A stretch of 64,000 bases of DNA. Origin: Myxococcota bacterium. Its GTDB lineage: Bacteria; Myxococcota_A; UBA9042; PHBI01; JAWLBL01. Where the stretch lies: positions 32,001-96,000 of the forward strand of contig JAWLBL010000006.1 of assembly GCA_041687695.1 (NCBI GenBank). Direction: 5' to 3'. The position numbers were made by a program, and so were the translations under genes. The number at the start of each line of letters is the position of its first letter. The stretch's first letter is position 1. The notes beneath the pieces were generated by a model that saw nothing but the letters and a program-made list of their open reading frames with translations, was not told the origin of the DNA and made no database searches. Below are positions 21,329-30,426 of this stretch, piece after piece.

Positions 21329-23611
21329 ATGAGCAGCCCGTCGTCAGGTCCGGGCAAGTTCGGAGGGGGCTCGGTCGTCCTCAAGGGGCCCGCCTCGCTC
21401 GACGACCGCACCCGCTACGGGCTCGTCGTCATGGAGGTCCAGGCCTTGCTCGGCGGCCGCAGCCAGCGGCTCGCCATCAGCGACTTCAGCCGACGCGGGG
21501 CCTTCCTCGAGAGCCACGAGCCGGCCCCGATCGGCGCCGTCCTGCACCTCGACGCGCCGCTGCTCGGGCAGGAGCGCGTCCAGCTGCGCGCGCGCGTGGT
21601 GCGCACCGTGTCGGCGACCGACGCCTCCATCGCCCGCACGCTGCCGGGCATGGGCGTCCTGTTCTTCGGGCTGACCGCGTCCGCGCAGCGCCTGGTCGAC
21701 TCGGTCCTGGGGCTGTTCGAGCGCCTCGAGGCGGTCGAGCTGCCGGGCCGTCTCGAGGCCCTGGGCATGACCTTCGGCGCCTACCGGCTGGTCGCGCCCG
21801 ACAACGTGCCGCGCAACAACCGCCGCCGCACCGCGCTGGATCTGATGGCCAGCGGGCGCGCCGCCTTCGAGCAGGGCGCCTTCGTCCGCGCCGCCCTCGA
21901 GCTGACCCAGGCCACCTCGCTCGATCCCTCGGATCCCTCCATGCGCGGCTGGGCCGAGCGGGCCTGCCAGCGCGCGGCCGAGGCCAAGGCCAAGCTCGCC
22001 TTCCTGCTGGGGGTGTACGCCGACCAGCGCGGCGACGCCGAAGGCGCGCAACGCTACTACGCCGAGGCCGCCATCCTGGCGCCCGACAACGCCGAGTACC
22101 ACCGCAGGGCGCTGCGCGATCCGCCGACGCCGTCGGCCGAGCCGGCCTTGTCGCTGCTGCCCGAGCCGACCTTCGCCGACCTGTCGTCGCCAGCGGCGAC
22201 CGAGCCCGACCTGCCGTCCGCGTCCGCCCCGGCGGCGCCGCGCGACGCCTTCGACGGCGGCCTCTGGTTCGAGGGGGCCCCGGTCGGCCTGGCCGCCCTG
22301 GGTCCCGACGGCGGCGTCGTGCGCGTCAACCGGGTCTTCGCCGAGGCGCTGGGGTACGCCCCCTTCGAACTCGCGGGGCGCCGCCTCACCGAGCTCGCCG
22401 CGGCCGAGGACGTGGCCGAGGTCCGTCGCGCGATGGTCGCCCTGCGCGAGGGCGACGCGACCCGCTATCAGTGGCGCGCCGCCTACGTGCGCCACGGGGG
22501 CAAGCTGGTCGGGCTGCGCATGAGCGGCTCGCCCCTGTTCGACGCCTCCGGGGCGCGGCTCGGGGTCGTCGTGGCCCTCGACGCGGTCGAGTCGGTCATC
22601 CGCACGCCCGAGGCCGCCGACTACCGGTCCCTGGTCGAGCACACCGGCGAGGCCATCGTCGTCCACAGCCGCGGCGACCTGGTCTATGGCAACGGCGCCG
22701 CCGCGCGCCTGCTGGGGGCGACGTCGACCCAGGATCTGACGGGGCGCCGCTTCGCCGACCTGCTCCACCCCGAGCATCGCCCGCTCGCCGAGACCCGCGA
22801 GCGCGAGCTCGCCCAGCGCGGCCTGGACGGCGAGCCCGTCCAGGTCACCATGCTCGGCCTCGAGGGGCAGGGCATCGACGTCGAGCTGCTGGGGACCGCC
22901 GTGCGGCACGGCGAGCGGCCCGCGGTCGCCGAGGTCATCCGCGACGTCAGCCACCACAAGCACAAGGTCCAGCGCCTGTCGCGCTGGGTCGAGGAGCTCA
23001 GCCGGTCGAACGAAGAGCTGCAGCAGGTCCTGACCGCGCTCGAGGCCCGGCTCGCCGAGGCGGTCGTCGCCGAGCGGGAAGGCGGGCTCGGCCGGGTCGC
23101 GCGCCTGGCCGAAGACCTGGCGACGTACGTCCGCGTCCAGAAGTCGTCGCTGCACGTCGGAACGGTCGACGTCGGCCAGCTGCTCGACGGCGTGCTGCGG
23201 CGCCTGCAGCCCCTGCTGGCCGCCACGGCGACGCGGGTCGTGCGCGGGCCGCTGCCGGCCGTGCGCGCCGACTCGGTGCAGCTCGCCGCGATCCTCGAGC
23301 ACCTGCTCCACAACGCGCTGACCCACGGCGGCACCGATGCGGCCACGGTCGAGGTCCTCGGGCGTCGCTCTGGCGCCTCCTGGACGCTGTCCGTCATCGA
23401 CCACGGCCCGGGCATCCGCCCGCGCGACGCCGATCGCATCTTCCGCCTGTTCGAGCGGGCCGGCCCGACCCCGTCGGGCGCCTCGGGCGCCGGCGCCGGG
23501 CTCGGGCTGGCGATCTGCCGGCGCGCGGTCGAGCGCCACGGCGGCCGGATCTGGGTCGAGGAGACCCCCGGCGGCGGGGCCACGGTCCGCTTCACGCTGA
23601 GCGACGCATAG
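21329..23611 (+). CDS. PilZ-like + TPR + 2x PAS + HATPase sensor protein with degenerate HisKA
   Basis: DFSRRGAFL..RARVVR..PGMGVLF (PilZ-like), TPR helices, two PAS folds, HNALTH, DHGPGI, IFRLF, GAGLGL. Confidence 0.8.
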   Translation: MSSPSSGPGKFGGGSVVLKGPASLDDRTRYGLVVMEVQALLGGRSQRLAISDFSRRGAFLESHEPAPIGAVLHLDAPLLGQERVQLRARVVRTVSATDASIARTLPGMGVLFFGLTASAQRLVDSVLGLFERLEAVELPGRLEALGMTFGAYRLVAPDNVPRNNRRRTALDLMASGRAAFEQGAFVRAALELTQATSLDPSDPSMRGWAERACQRAAEAKAKLAFLLGVYADQRGDAEGAQRYYAEAAILAPDNAEYHRRALRDPPTPSAEPALSLLPEPTFADLSSPAATEPDLPSASAPAAPRDAFDGGLWFEGAPVGLAALGPDGGVVRVNRVFAEALGYAPFELAGRRLTELAAAEDVAEVRRAMVALREGDATRYQWRAAYVRHGGKLVGLRMSGSPLFDASGARLGVVVALDAVESVIRTPEAADYRSLVEHTGEAIVVHSRGDLVYGNGAAARLLGATSTQDLTGRRFADLLHPEHRPLAETRERELAQRGLDGEPVQVTMLGLEGQGIDVELLGTAVRHGERPAVAEVIRDVSHHKHKVQRLSRWVEELSRSNEELQQVLTALEARLAEAVVAEREGGLGRVARLAEDLATYVRVQKSSLHVGTVDVGQLLDGVLRRLQPLLAATATRVVRGPLPAVRADSVQLAAILEHLLHNALTHGGTDAATVEVLGRRSGASWTLSVIDHGPGIRPRDADRIFRLFERAGPTPSGASGAGAGLGLAICRRAVERHGGRIWVEETPGGGATVRFTLSDA

Positions 23612-23693
23612 GCTCGCGAAACCGCCACGTTGGACTACCCCCGACGACTCGGTGACGCTAGTATGACGCCGCCGTGACCCCGGGGTGAATCCA

Positions 23694-26375
23694 ATGCGCT
23701 TGCGTCGATCCGTCCGCCTCCTGCTCGCCGGCTCGCTGATGTTGACCGCCTGCGGCGACGAGCCCAGCTCCAACGCCGACGCCGGCAAGCTCGACGACGT
23801 GGCCGACGCCGTGGACGCCGGGTCGGACGAGGGCGGCGAGGACACCTCGACCGACGCTGCGGACACCCAGGGCGAGCCGGACGCCGACGTCGTCGATCCG
23901 GGCCCCGTGGATCTCGGCGAGCGGCTGGCCGACGGGCAGGTCCGGGCCGGCGTCGTCGACGACGCCAACCACCTGATCGGTGGCATCAAGGCCGACGGCC
24001 AGGTCGGCGACATCAAGCTCTACAACGCCCAGGCCGCCTTCATCATCGAGTCGCCGCGCCGCGCCAGCGGCTATCGCTTCTTCGGGGGCCACCCGGTCGA
24101 CCTGGACATCATCCGACCGGCGGGCGAGGCCGGCGAGGACCGCTTCGGCGAGACCTTCCTGACCTGGAACATGATGATCTTCCAGCCCGAGTCGTTCGAG
24201 GTCGTCAGCGACGGCCGCGACGGCGAGGCCCACGTGCGATTCGTCGGACACACGGCGCCCTACGACTTCGCCGAGAGCTTCCTGCGCGACCTCATCGACC
24301 CGCCTCCGGTGCAGTTCGACATCGTCTACGACTACCGTCTGCGCCCCGACGATCGCGCGCTGCGCCTGACCGTCACCGTGACCAACACGGCCGAGGACGA
24401 GGCCTCGCTCGACTTCCCGCTCCTCTTCTCCAACCACGGCGACGGCGCCCAGCAGTGGACGCCCTTCATCGGCTTCAGCTCCCCCCAGGCCGAGTGGGTG
24501 CCGTACTTCGGCCTGCTGGGCGACGCGGCCAGCTACGCGGTGATGGCCAAGTCCGACGACCTCACGCACCTGTTCAACTACAAGGCCGTCGCGCTCACCC
24601 AGCAAACGACCTGGACCCTGGCGCCCGGCGCGAAGCGGACCTCCGAGTACCTGTTCCTCGTCGGCGGCCCCGGCTCGGCCGATCTGGACGCCGAGCGGCG
24701 CGCCCGCTTCCCGTTCGCGCTGCAGCCCCAGGGGACGCTACAGGGCGTGGTCGATCTCCCCGAGACCGCGGCCGGGCTGACCAAGTGGCTGGTCGCCTGG
24801 CAGGGCCCCGAGCCGGTCGCCATGGTCCCCGTCACCGAGGACGGCGCCTTCTCGCTGCCGCTCGAGATCGGCGAGTACCAGCTCGAGGTCTTCGTCCACC
24901 GGCACGCCTCCAGCGGCCTCGTCGACGTCGAGGTGCTCGAGGGCCAGGAAACGACCGCCCTGCCGACCGTCCCGGCCGCCGGTCGCGTGGTCGTGAACGT
25001 GACCGACGGCGACGGGGCCCCGCTCGATGGGCGCGTCACCCTGACCCGCAAGGCGGGCACGCCCACCCCCTGGGCCCCCGACGCGGTCCGCACCGACGCG
25101 ATGCTGGCGGGCAACATCAGCGAGATGGCCTACGCCGTGGGCGGCACGCAGACCGTCCTGGTGCCGGCCGGCAGCTACACGGCCGTCGCCAGCCGCGGCT
25201 TCTCCTACGAGCTGGACGCCCAGGACCTCGACATCGGCGCGGGCGAGACCAAGACCCTGGACTTCCAGGTCGTCCGGGCCGTCGACACCACCGGCTGGGT
25301 CTCGGCCGACTTCCACGTCCACGCGCTGCGCAGCCCCGACAGCATCGTCCCCTACGAGGTGCGGCTGCGGCAGGCCATCACCGACGATCTCGACCTGCCC
25401 ATCCTGACCGAGCACGTCATGCTGTCGCACATGAAGCACAGCGCGAACGAGCTGGGCCTCGCGGACAAGCTGGTGACGCTCGACGCGCAGGAGGTCACGA
25501 CCTTCGAGTACGGGCACTTCAACGCCTTCCCGCTCATCTGGGACCCGAACGGCATCAACATGGGCGCCGTCTACGAGCACGGCCAGACGCCGAGCGCGCT
25601 CTTCGCCGCCATCCGCGCGCAGAACCCGGCCGACGAGGTCATCCAGGTCAACCACCCGCGCGGCGTCAGCATCTCGAGCTACTTCGACTACGTCGGGCTC
25701 GACGCCAAGAACGACAAGGTCTCCAACCCCGCCGGCTGGTCGACCGACTGGGAGGCCGTAGAGGTCTTCAACGGCAACTGCCAGCATAGCGGCAACAAGG
25801 TGCTCGACGACTGGATCGGCCTGACCAACGCCGGCTACGGCAAGACCCTGTCCAGCGGCTCCGACACCCACGACGAGCGCACCCCGCCGGGCACGCCGCG
25901 CAACTGGCTGAAGGTCGACTACGCGGCCCTCGAGGCCGACGAGCAGAACCTGGTGCCGGTGGTCCGCGAGCGCCGCATGTTCGTGTCCTGCGGCCCCTTC
26001 GTGCGCTTCGAGGCGACCGACGGCGCCACCGGCGAGAGCGTCGGCCTGGGCGGCCTGGCCAAGGTCGACGACGACGGGGCCATCACCTTCAGCGTGAACG
26101 TCCAGGCGCCGTCGTGGATCACCGTCGACGAGGTGCGCCTGCTGCGCAACGGCGTCGAGATCGACACCGTCGCCATCACCAGCCAGGACGAGGTGGTCCG
26201 CCTGGACACGGTCCTGACCGACACGCCCACCGCCGACGCCTGGTACGCCGTGCAGGTCATCGGCTCCGGCTCGCTCGAGCCCGTCAGCCGCACCGGCCCG
26301 CCGTTCGCCATGACCAACCCCATCGAGGTCGACGTCGACGGCGACGGCGCCTGGACCCCGCCGGGCAAGCAGTAG
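23694..26375 (+). CDS. PHP-domain (CehA/McbA-like) metallohydrolase lipoprotein
   Basis: Lipobox LTAC; DFHVHALRSPDS, TEH, GHFNAFP, QVNHPR, EVFNG, SDTH. Confidence 0.82.
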   Translation: MRLRRSVRLLLAGSLMLTACGDEPSSNADAGKLDDVADAVDAGSDEGGEDTSTDAADTQGEPDADVVDPGPVDLGERLADGQVRAGVVDDANHLIGGIKADGQVGDIKLYNAQAAFIIESPRRASGYRFFGGHPVDLDIIRPAGEAGEDRFGETFLTWNMMIFQPESFEVVSDGRDGEAHVRFVGHTAPYDFAESFLRDLIDPPPVQFDIVYDYRLRPDDRALRLTVTVTNTAEDEASLDFPLLFSNHGDGAQQWTPFIGFSSPQAEWVPYFGLLGDAASYAVMAKSDDLTHLFNYKAVALTQQTTWTLAPGAKRTSEYLFLVGGPGSADLDAERRARFPFALQPQGTLQGVVDLPETAAGLTKWLVAWQGPEPVAMVPVTEDGAFSLPLEIGEYQLEVFVHRHASSGLVDVEVLEGQETTALPTVPAAGRVVVNVTDGDGAPLDGRVTLTRKAGTPTPWAPDAVRTDAMLAGNISEMAYAVGGTQTVLVPAGSYTAVASRGFSYELDAQDLDIGAGETKTLDFQVVRAVDTTGWVSADFHVHALRSPDSIVPYEVRLRQAITDDLDLPILTEHVMLSHMKHSANELGLADKLVTLDAQEVTTFEYGHFNAFPLIWDPNGINMGAVYEHGQTPSALFAAIRAQNPADEVIQVNHPRGVSISSYFDYVGLDAKNDKVSNPAGWSTDWEAVEVFNGNCQHSGNKVLDDWIGLTNAGYGKTLSSGSDTHDERTPPGTPRNWLKVDYAALEADEQNLVPVVRERRMFVSCGPFVRFEATDGATGESVGLGGLAKVDDDGAITFSVNVQAPSWITVDEVRLLRNGVEIDTVAITSQDEVVRLDTVLTDTPTADAWYAVQVIGSGSLEPVSRTGPPFAMTNPIEVDVDGDGAWTPPGKQ

Positions 26376-26567
26376 CCCCGCCCGGCGACGCTCTCCGTCT
26401 CAGCGCGCGGCGCCCCGTTGCATGGGCGTCGCGCCGCGCATTCTTCGCTGGGCGTCGGTCCGTCGAGGTCGACGAGCGGCACGGCACGAGTCGGCTGACG
26501 CAGGGTGGTGGGCAGTTGATGCCTCCACTGCTACGATGCGAGTCGACTCGACTCGCGGAGGGATGCC

Positions 26568-27101
26568 GTGGCGATGAGGCTCGACGACGCGCTGTCCCAG
26601 CAAGGCGAGACCCTCGCCGAGATCGCTCGGACGGCTCGCATCAAGGATCAGGCGGGGTTCGTGGCCACGTGCGGCAAGCTGTTGACCGCATTGGCCTCCG
26701 GCGTCCCCTGGGTCGGCAAGCTGACGGAGGAAGCCCTGCGCGAGGCCTTCTCCCTTTCGGCTTACGGGCGCATGGCGGCCGAGATCGGGAAGCTCGAGGC
26801 CGAAGAGGCGAGCGGACTCCAGGCGCAGCGCATCGCTGAGCTGGTCGCTCAGCTCTTGATCCATTCGCTCGTCGGCGTCGGCGAAGCTCCTGCCGAAGGC
26901 GCCGTCCCGTTGGATCCCCGCTTCGCCGACTTTGGGCGTCAGGTGGGTGAACTGGTCGCTCGACGCGCCAGGATCGAGGTCCGTCAGGGGACGGTAGCCG
27001 ATGGTGCGACCGGCGTTCGCGTCAGTTCGACCACCGACAAGGATATCCGTGTCGACCAAGACCACGTAGTCGGCAAAGGTACCGTGGGTGTCGACCTCTG
27101 A
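26568..27101 (+). CDS. Small helical protein with C-terminal doubled beta-motif (candidate NLR-associated effector)
   Basis: GGAGG upstream of GTG/ATG. Ends RIEVRQGTVADGATGVRV...IRVDQDHVVGKGTVGVDL. Overlaps the next gene by 14 nt. Confidence 0.65.
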   Translation: MAMRLDDALSQQGETLAEIARTARIKDQAGFVATCGKLLTALASGVPWVGKLTEEALREAFSLSAYGRMAAEIGKLEAEEASGLQAQRIAELVAQLLIHSLVGVGEAPAEGAVPLDPRFADFGRQVGELVARRARIEVRQGTVADGATGVRVSSTTDKDIRVDQDHVVGKGTVGVDL

Positions 27102-30100
27102 CGACACGCGCCCTCGGGTGGCGGTCAATCAGAACGCCATCAGCCACGGCGCCATCGGCGTCAACGTGGCGCATGCTGACCAGGTCATAACCAACAATAC
27201 TACTGTCATCGGTGACCCTGCATCGCTCGGCCTCGACGACCTCCAAATCGTCGAACACGACGAGTACGTCGCCCAACTGCAGGCCTTCCAGCGCTTCCTC
27301 ACCCAAGCGAACCTGCCCTTCGTTCCGCCTGCCGAGGGCTCGCCCACGCACCCGATGGCGCTCTGGGCGCGGCTCCAGGAGACGGAACGACCGGGGATCC
27401 TGCTCGTCGGCTCCGGCGGCGTCGGCAAGACCCGCACCGCCTTCGAGGTGGCCTGCCTCGCCGCGGCCGATGGCTGGCGTGTCATCCACTTGTTACCGGC
27501 CGACCGACCGCTGTCCCTCGAGCGGCTGAGGGCCCGAGTGTGTGCCGACCCGAGGCCAACCCTCCTGGTCTTCGACTACCTGGACCAAATGCCCGACCTG
27601 GACTTCCGCGCCCTACGCCTTCTCCGGGGCGCCTTGGTGATCGCAAGGGCGCCCATTGCACTGCTTGGAAACAGCCGCCCAGGCTGGGTACGCACGGCGC
27701 ACGCCGAGCGGGATACCCTGTTCGAGATCACCCCGCTGACGCCCGAAGAAGATCAGCGAAGTCGCATCCTCGCCGCCATGCTCGAGGTAGCCGCACCCAA
27801 CGCGAGCTACCTGATGGGCGAGCCGCGGCTCCGCGAACTCTGCGGCGACCGGCCCATCATAGCCCTGCTCATCGCGCTGGAGCTCGAGCGGCGTGCCCTC
27901 GCCGGCCGCCTCGGCGAGGACATCGTCCAAGGGATCCGAAGCGGCGATCTGCTCGGCTGGCTACGCCGACGGCTCGAGGGTGACAAGGTGCGCACGTCCG
28001 TGTCATCGAGCCCTTGGGAGCCTCCGATTACGCCTCCGGAAGTGCTCGCTGTGGCCTCGGTTCTGGCGTGCGCTCCGCAAGGCTTCGAGGCCTTGACCGA
28101 CGCTGCGGAGGCCGCCCTGGTCGCCGGGGGAGGGGAAGGCGAGCGTGCGGGTTTCATCGTGGCGAGCCTAGTTCAACTAGGCTGGCTCGAGTCGGAAGGC
28201 GTGAGCTTACGGACCGCCCACGATGTGGTCGCCGACGAGGTGCTGGAGCAAGTGCTAGCACCACAACACCCGGTTCCCGCGAGCGCCTGGTCTACGGTGT
28301 TCGCGCCCTGGACGCGGCGCTCTCGACACATCAGCCGTCTCGCGACCTCGCTCACACGCATGATGGTCAGCAAGCCGGACGCGCATGGCTGGGTCGCCGA
28401 ACGCATCACCGCAGGCCTCAACAGCTGGTGGCCGCGCGGGAGTGAAGCAGCCGGGAAGGTTCTGGCAGAGGGGGCAGCCGTTGAGGGTGCCTATGCGCTC
28501 GGCACCCTGTTGTGGTCGCCGATGTGGCAAGAGCACGTGCTGGCGTCGTGGACGCAGGTCGTCACGCCCTGGTTGACGCGATGGTCGAGCGCCGAGGCTG
28601 CCCGCCACGTCTTCTACACAGGCCTTCGTATCATTCCTGTCGGTCAGGCTGGTGAGCTCACCGCTCAGGCGCTCGCGTGGCTGGGTCATCATGCGACAGC
28701 GTCGGTCGCCAGCTTCGTCATTTCGGCGCTCCTCGGTCGCGACGACCTTTCAGGCGCGGCTGCGTCGACCGTAACCGGCGCCGCGGTGGCCTGGTTCTCG
28801 GCGCATGGGCACAAGTCGGAGGCCGCATACGTCCTCCATCCACTTCTTCACCGAACCGACCTCGACACCGCACACGCCAATGCCACGATAGAGGTCGCGT
28901 TGTCCTGGCTCTCCCAGAATGGCGAGGAGCCCCAGGCCCAACCCGTTCACGGGCGGCTCCTGCTACGATCCGATCTCGGCGCCGCCCAGGCCAGGGCGGC
29001 GGTTCAGGTCGCCCTGGCCTGGCTTTCGGTGCACGATCAGAAACCGGAAGCAGGATTCGTGCTCGGACCATTGCTCAGGCGGCGCGAACTCCAGCGAGAT
29101 CAGCTTGGTTGCGTGGTGGGAGCCGCTCTTGAATGGATCAAGCGGCACCACTTCGGTTCCGCTAGCTGTTCACCATCCGAGCAGCGGCCCGAACGAGCCG
29201 GACTGGATCGATCAGAAGACCCTGGCGATCCGACCTTCGTGCTCAAGGGGCTCCTTTCGCGCGACGATCTCGACGGAAAGACCGCGGAGTCGGTCGTCGC
29301 GACGGCCGTCGCCTGGCTCGAAGTTCACGCCGAGGAGGTCGATAGTCAATACGTACTGACGTCGCTCCTCGACCGGCGCTATGTCGGACGACATCACGCA
29401 ACGATCGTGTCCTGCGCGACGAGGTGGGTCGCGCAGCACGCGGAGAACCCGGGTGCGGACTTCGTCATCAGGCGCCTGCTGCGCCAGGGCAGCGTCGAGC
29501 CGGTGGTTCTTGAGGGGGCTCTGCGCTGGGCGCGGCTGAACGCTTCGAATCCCGATGCGGATTGGGTCCTTAGTCGATTGCTCCTTCGGGACGAGATCCA
29601 TCACGACGCGTGGAACGAGGTCGCTTCGTTAGCGCTGAAGTGGCTGAGCGAAGATCGCGGAGCGACCGCATTCATGGTCCTGGGGGCGATCGGCACCCGA
29701 TGGGACAACTTGGGAGTGGATGACCGGGCCGAGTGGGCAGCGGCCGTTCGCCGTCTGCCCCGTGACAACCAAAGGACATTGCAGGATGTGGCTCGCGAGT
29801 TGGCTCGCGTTGCCGTCGCCCTTGACCGCGGTGAGGACGCGACGTTCAAGACCCTTCGCCGGCTCGTCTCGGACGTGGAGCGAGCGCTCGATACCGGGTG
29901 CCCTCCAACGCCAGGGGATCTCCGGCATATGCTCCGCCTTGCGATCCAGCGGGCGCTTACGTCGCCCCGTGACGCGCGGTTCGCGATCCCTGCGCTGGTC
30001 GCGGGCACCGCTGACGATGACACTGGCCTGGCCGGCTACGTGGATCGATTCGTGCGTCTGTTGCTGGAGGATCATCGGCTCTCGGCAGCTCACCACTACG

Positions 30101-30207
30101 CCATCGGCCTTGCATGTGAACAGCGGTTGAACCAGGGCCGCTGGCCTTCCGTAGAGTTGGTCGAGCAGCGATACAGGGCGCTGGGGCTCATCGGCGACGA
30201 GGACTGA
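27088..30207 (+). CDS. NLR-like STAND P-loop ATPase with ~38-aa helical repeats
   Basis: Walker A GSGGVGKT, Walker B LLVFDYLD, winged-helix-like GWL...HDVVADEVL, repeated ALxWL....A.FVL..LL.R.DL units. Visibly lower GC than the flanks. Confidence 0.75.
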   Translation: MSTSDDTRPRVAVNQNAISHGAIGVNVAHADQVITNNTTVIGDPASLGLDDLQIVEHDEYVAQLQAFQRFLTQANLPFVPPAEGSPTHPMALWARLQETERPGILLVGSGGVGKTRTAFEVACLAAADGWRVIHLLPADRPLSLERLRARVCADPRPTLLVFDYLDQMPDLDFRALRLLRGALVIARAPIALLGNSRPGWVRTAHAERDTLFEITPLTPEEDQRSRILAAMLEVAAPNASYLMGEPRLRELCGDRPIIALLIALELERRALAGRLGEDIVQGIRSGDLLGWLRRRLEGDKVRTSVSSSPWEPPITPPEVLAVASVLACAPQGFEALTDAAEAALVAGGGEGERAGFIVASLVQLGWLESEGVSLRTAHDVVADEVLEQVLAPQHPVPASAWSTVFAPWTRRSRHISRLATSLTRMMVSKPDAHGWVAERITAGLNSWWPRGSEAAGKVLAEGAAVEGAYALGTLLWSPMWQEHVLASWTQVVTPWLTRWSSAEAARHVFYTGLRIIPVGQAGELTAQALAWLGHHATASVASFVISALLGRDDLSGAAASTVTGAAVAWFSAHGHKSEAAYVLHPLLHRTDLDTAHANATIEVALSWLSQNGEEPQAQPVHGRLLLRSDLGAAQARAAVQVALAWLSVHDQKPEAGFVLGPLLRRRELQRDQLGCVVGAALEWIKRHHFGSASCSPSEQRPERAGLDRSEDPGDPTFVLKGLLSRDDLDGKTAESVVATAVAWLEVHAEEVDSQYVLTSLLDRRYVGRHHATIVSCATRWVAQHAENPGADFVIRRLLRQGSVEPVVLEGALRWARLNASNPDADWVLSRLLLRDEIHHDAWNEVASLALKWLSEDRGATAFMVLGAIGTRWDNLGVDDRAEWAAAVRRLPRDNQRTLQDVARELARVAVALDRGEDATFKTLRRLVSDVERALDTGCPPTPGDLRHMLRLAIQRALTSPRDARFAIPALVAGTADDDTGLAGYVDRFVRLLLEDHRLSAAHHYAIGLACEQRLNQGRWPSVELVEQRYRALGLIGDED

Positions 30208-30426
30208 GTCTCCCGATGGTCTCACGAGCGACTTCGACTACGCGCCGCTGGTCAGCTTGGTTTCGTGTCGCAGGAGCACGTCCGGTGACGCCCGGGAGCG
30301 GTCGCAAAGAGTGCGGCCCTAGGTCGTAGCCACGCGAAGCTCGCCGCACTCGCAGGACCATCCGGCAGGGCGGCGTTGGCCCCGCGTCACCTCGAGAAGC
30401 GTCGTATCGGGCCGATGGGCGTGTTC

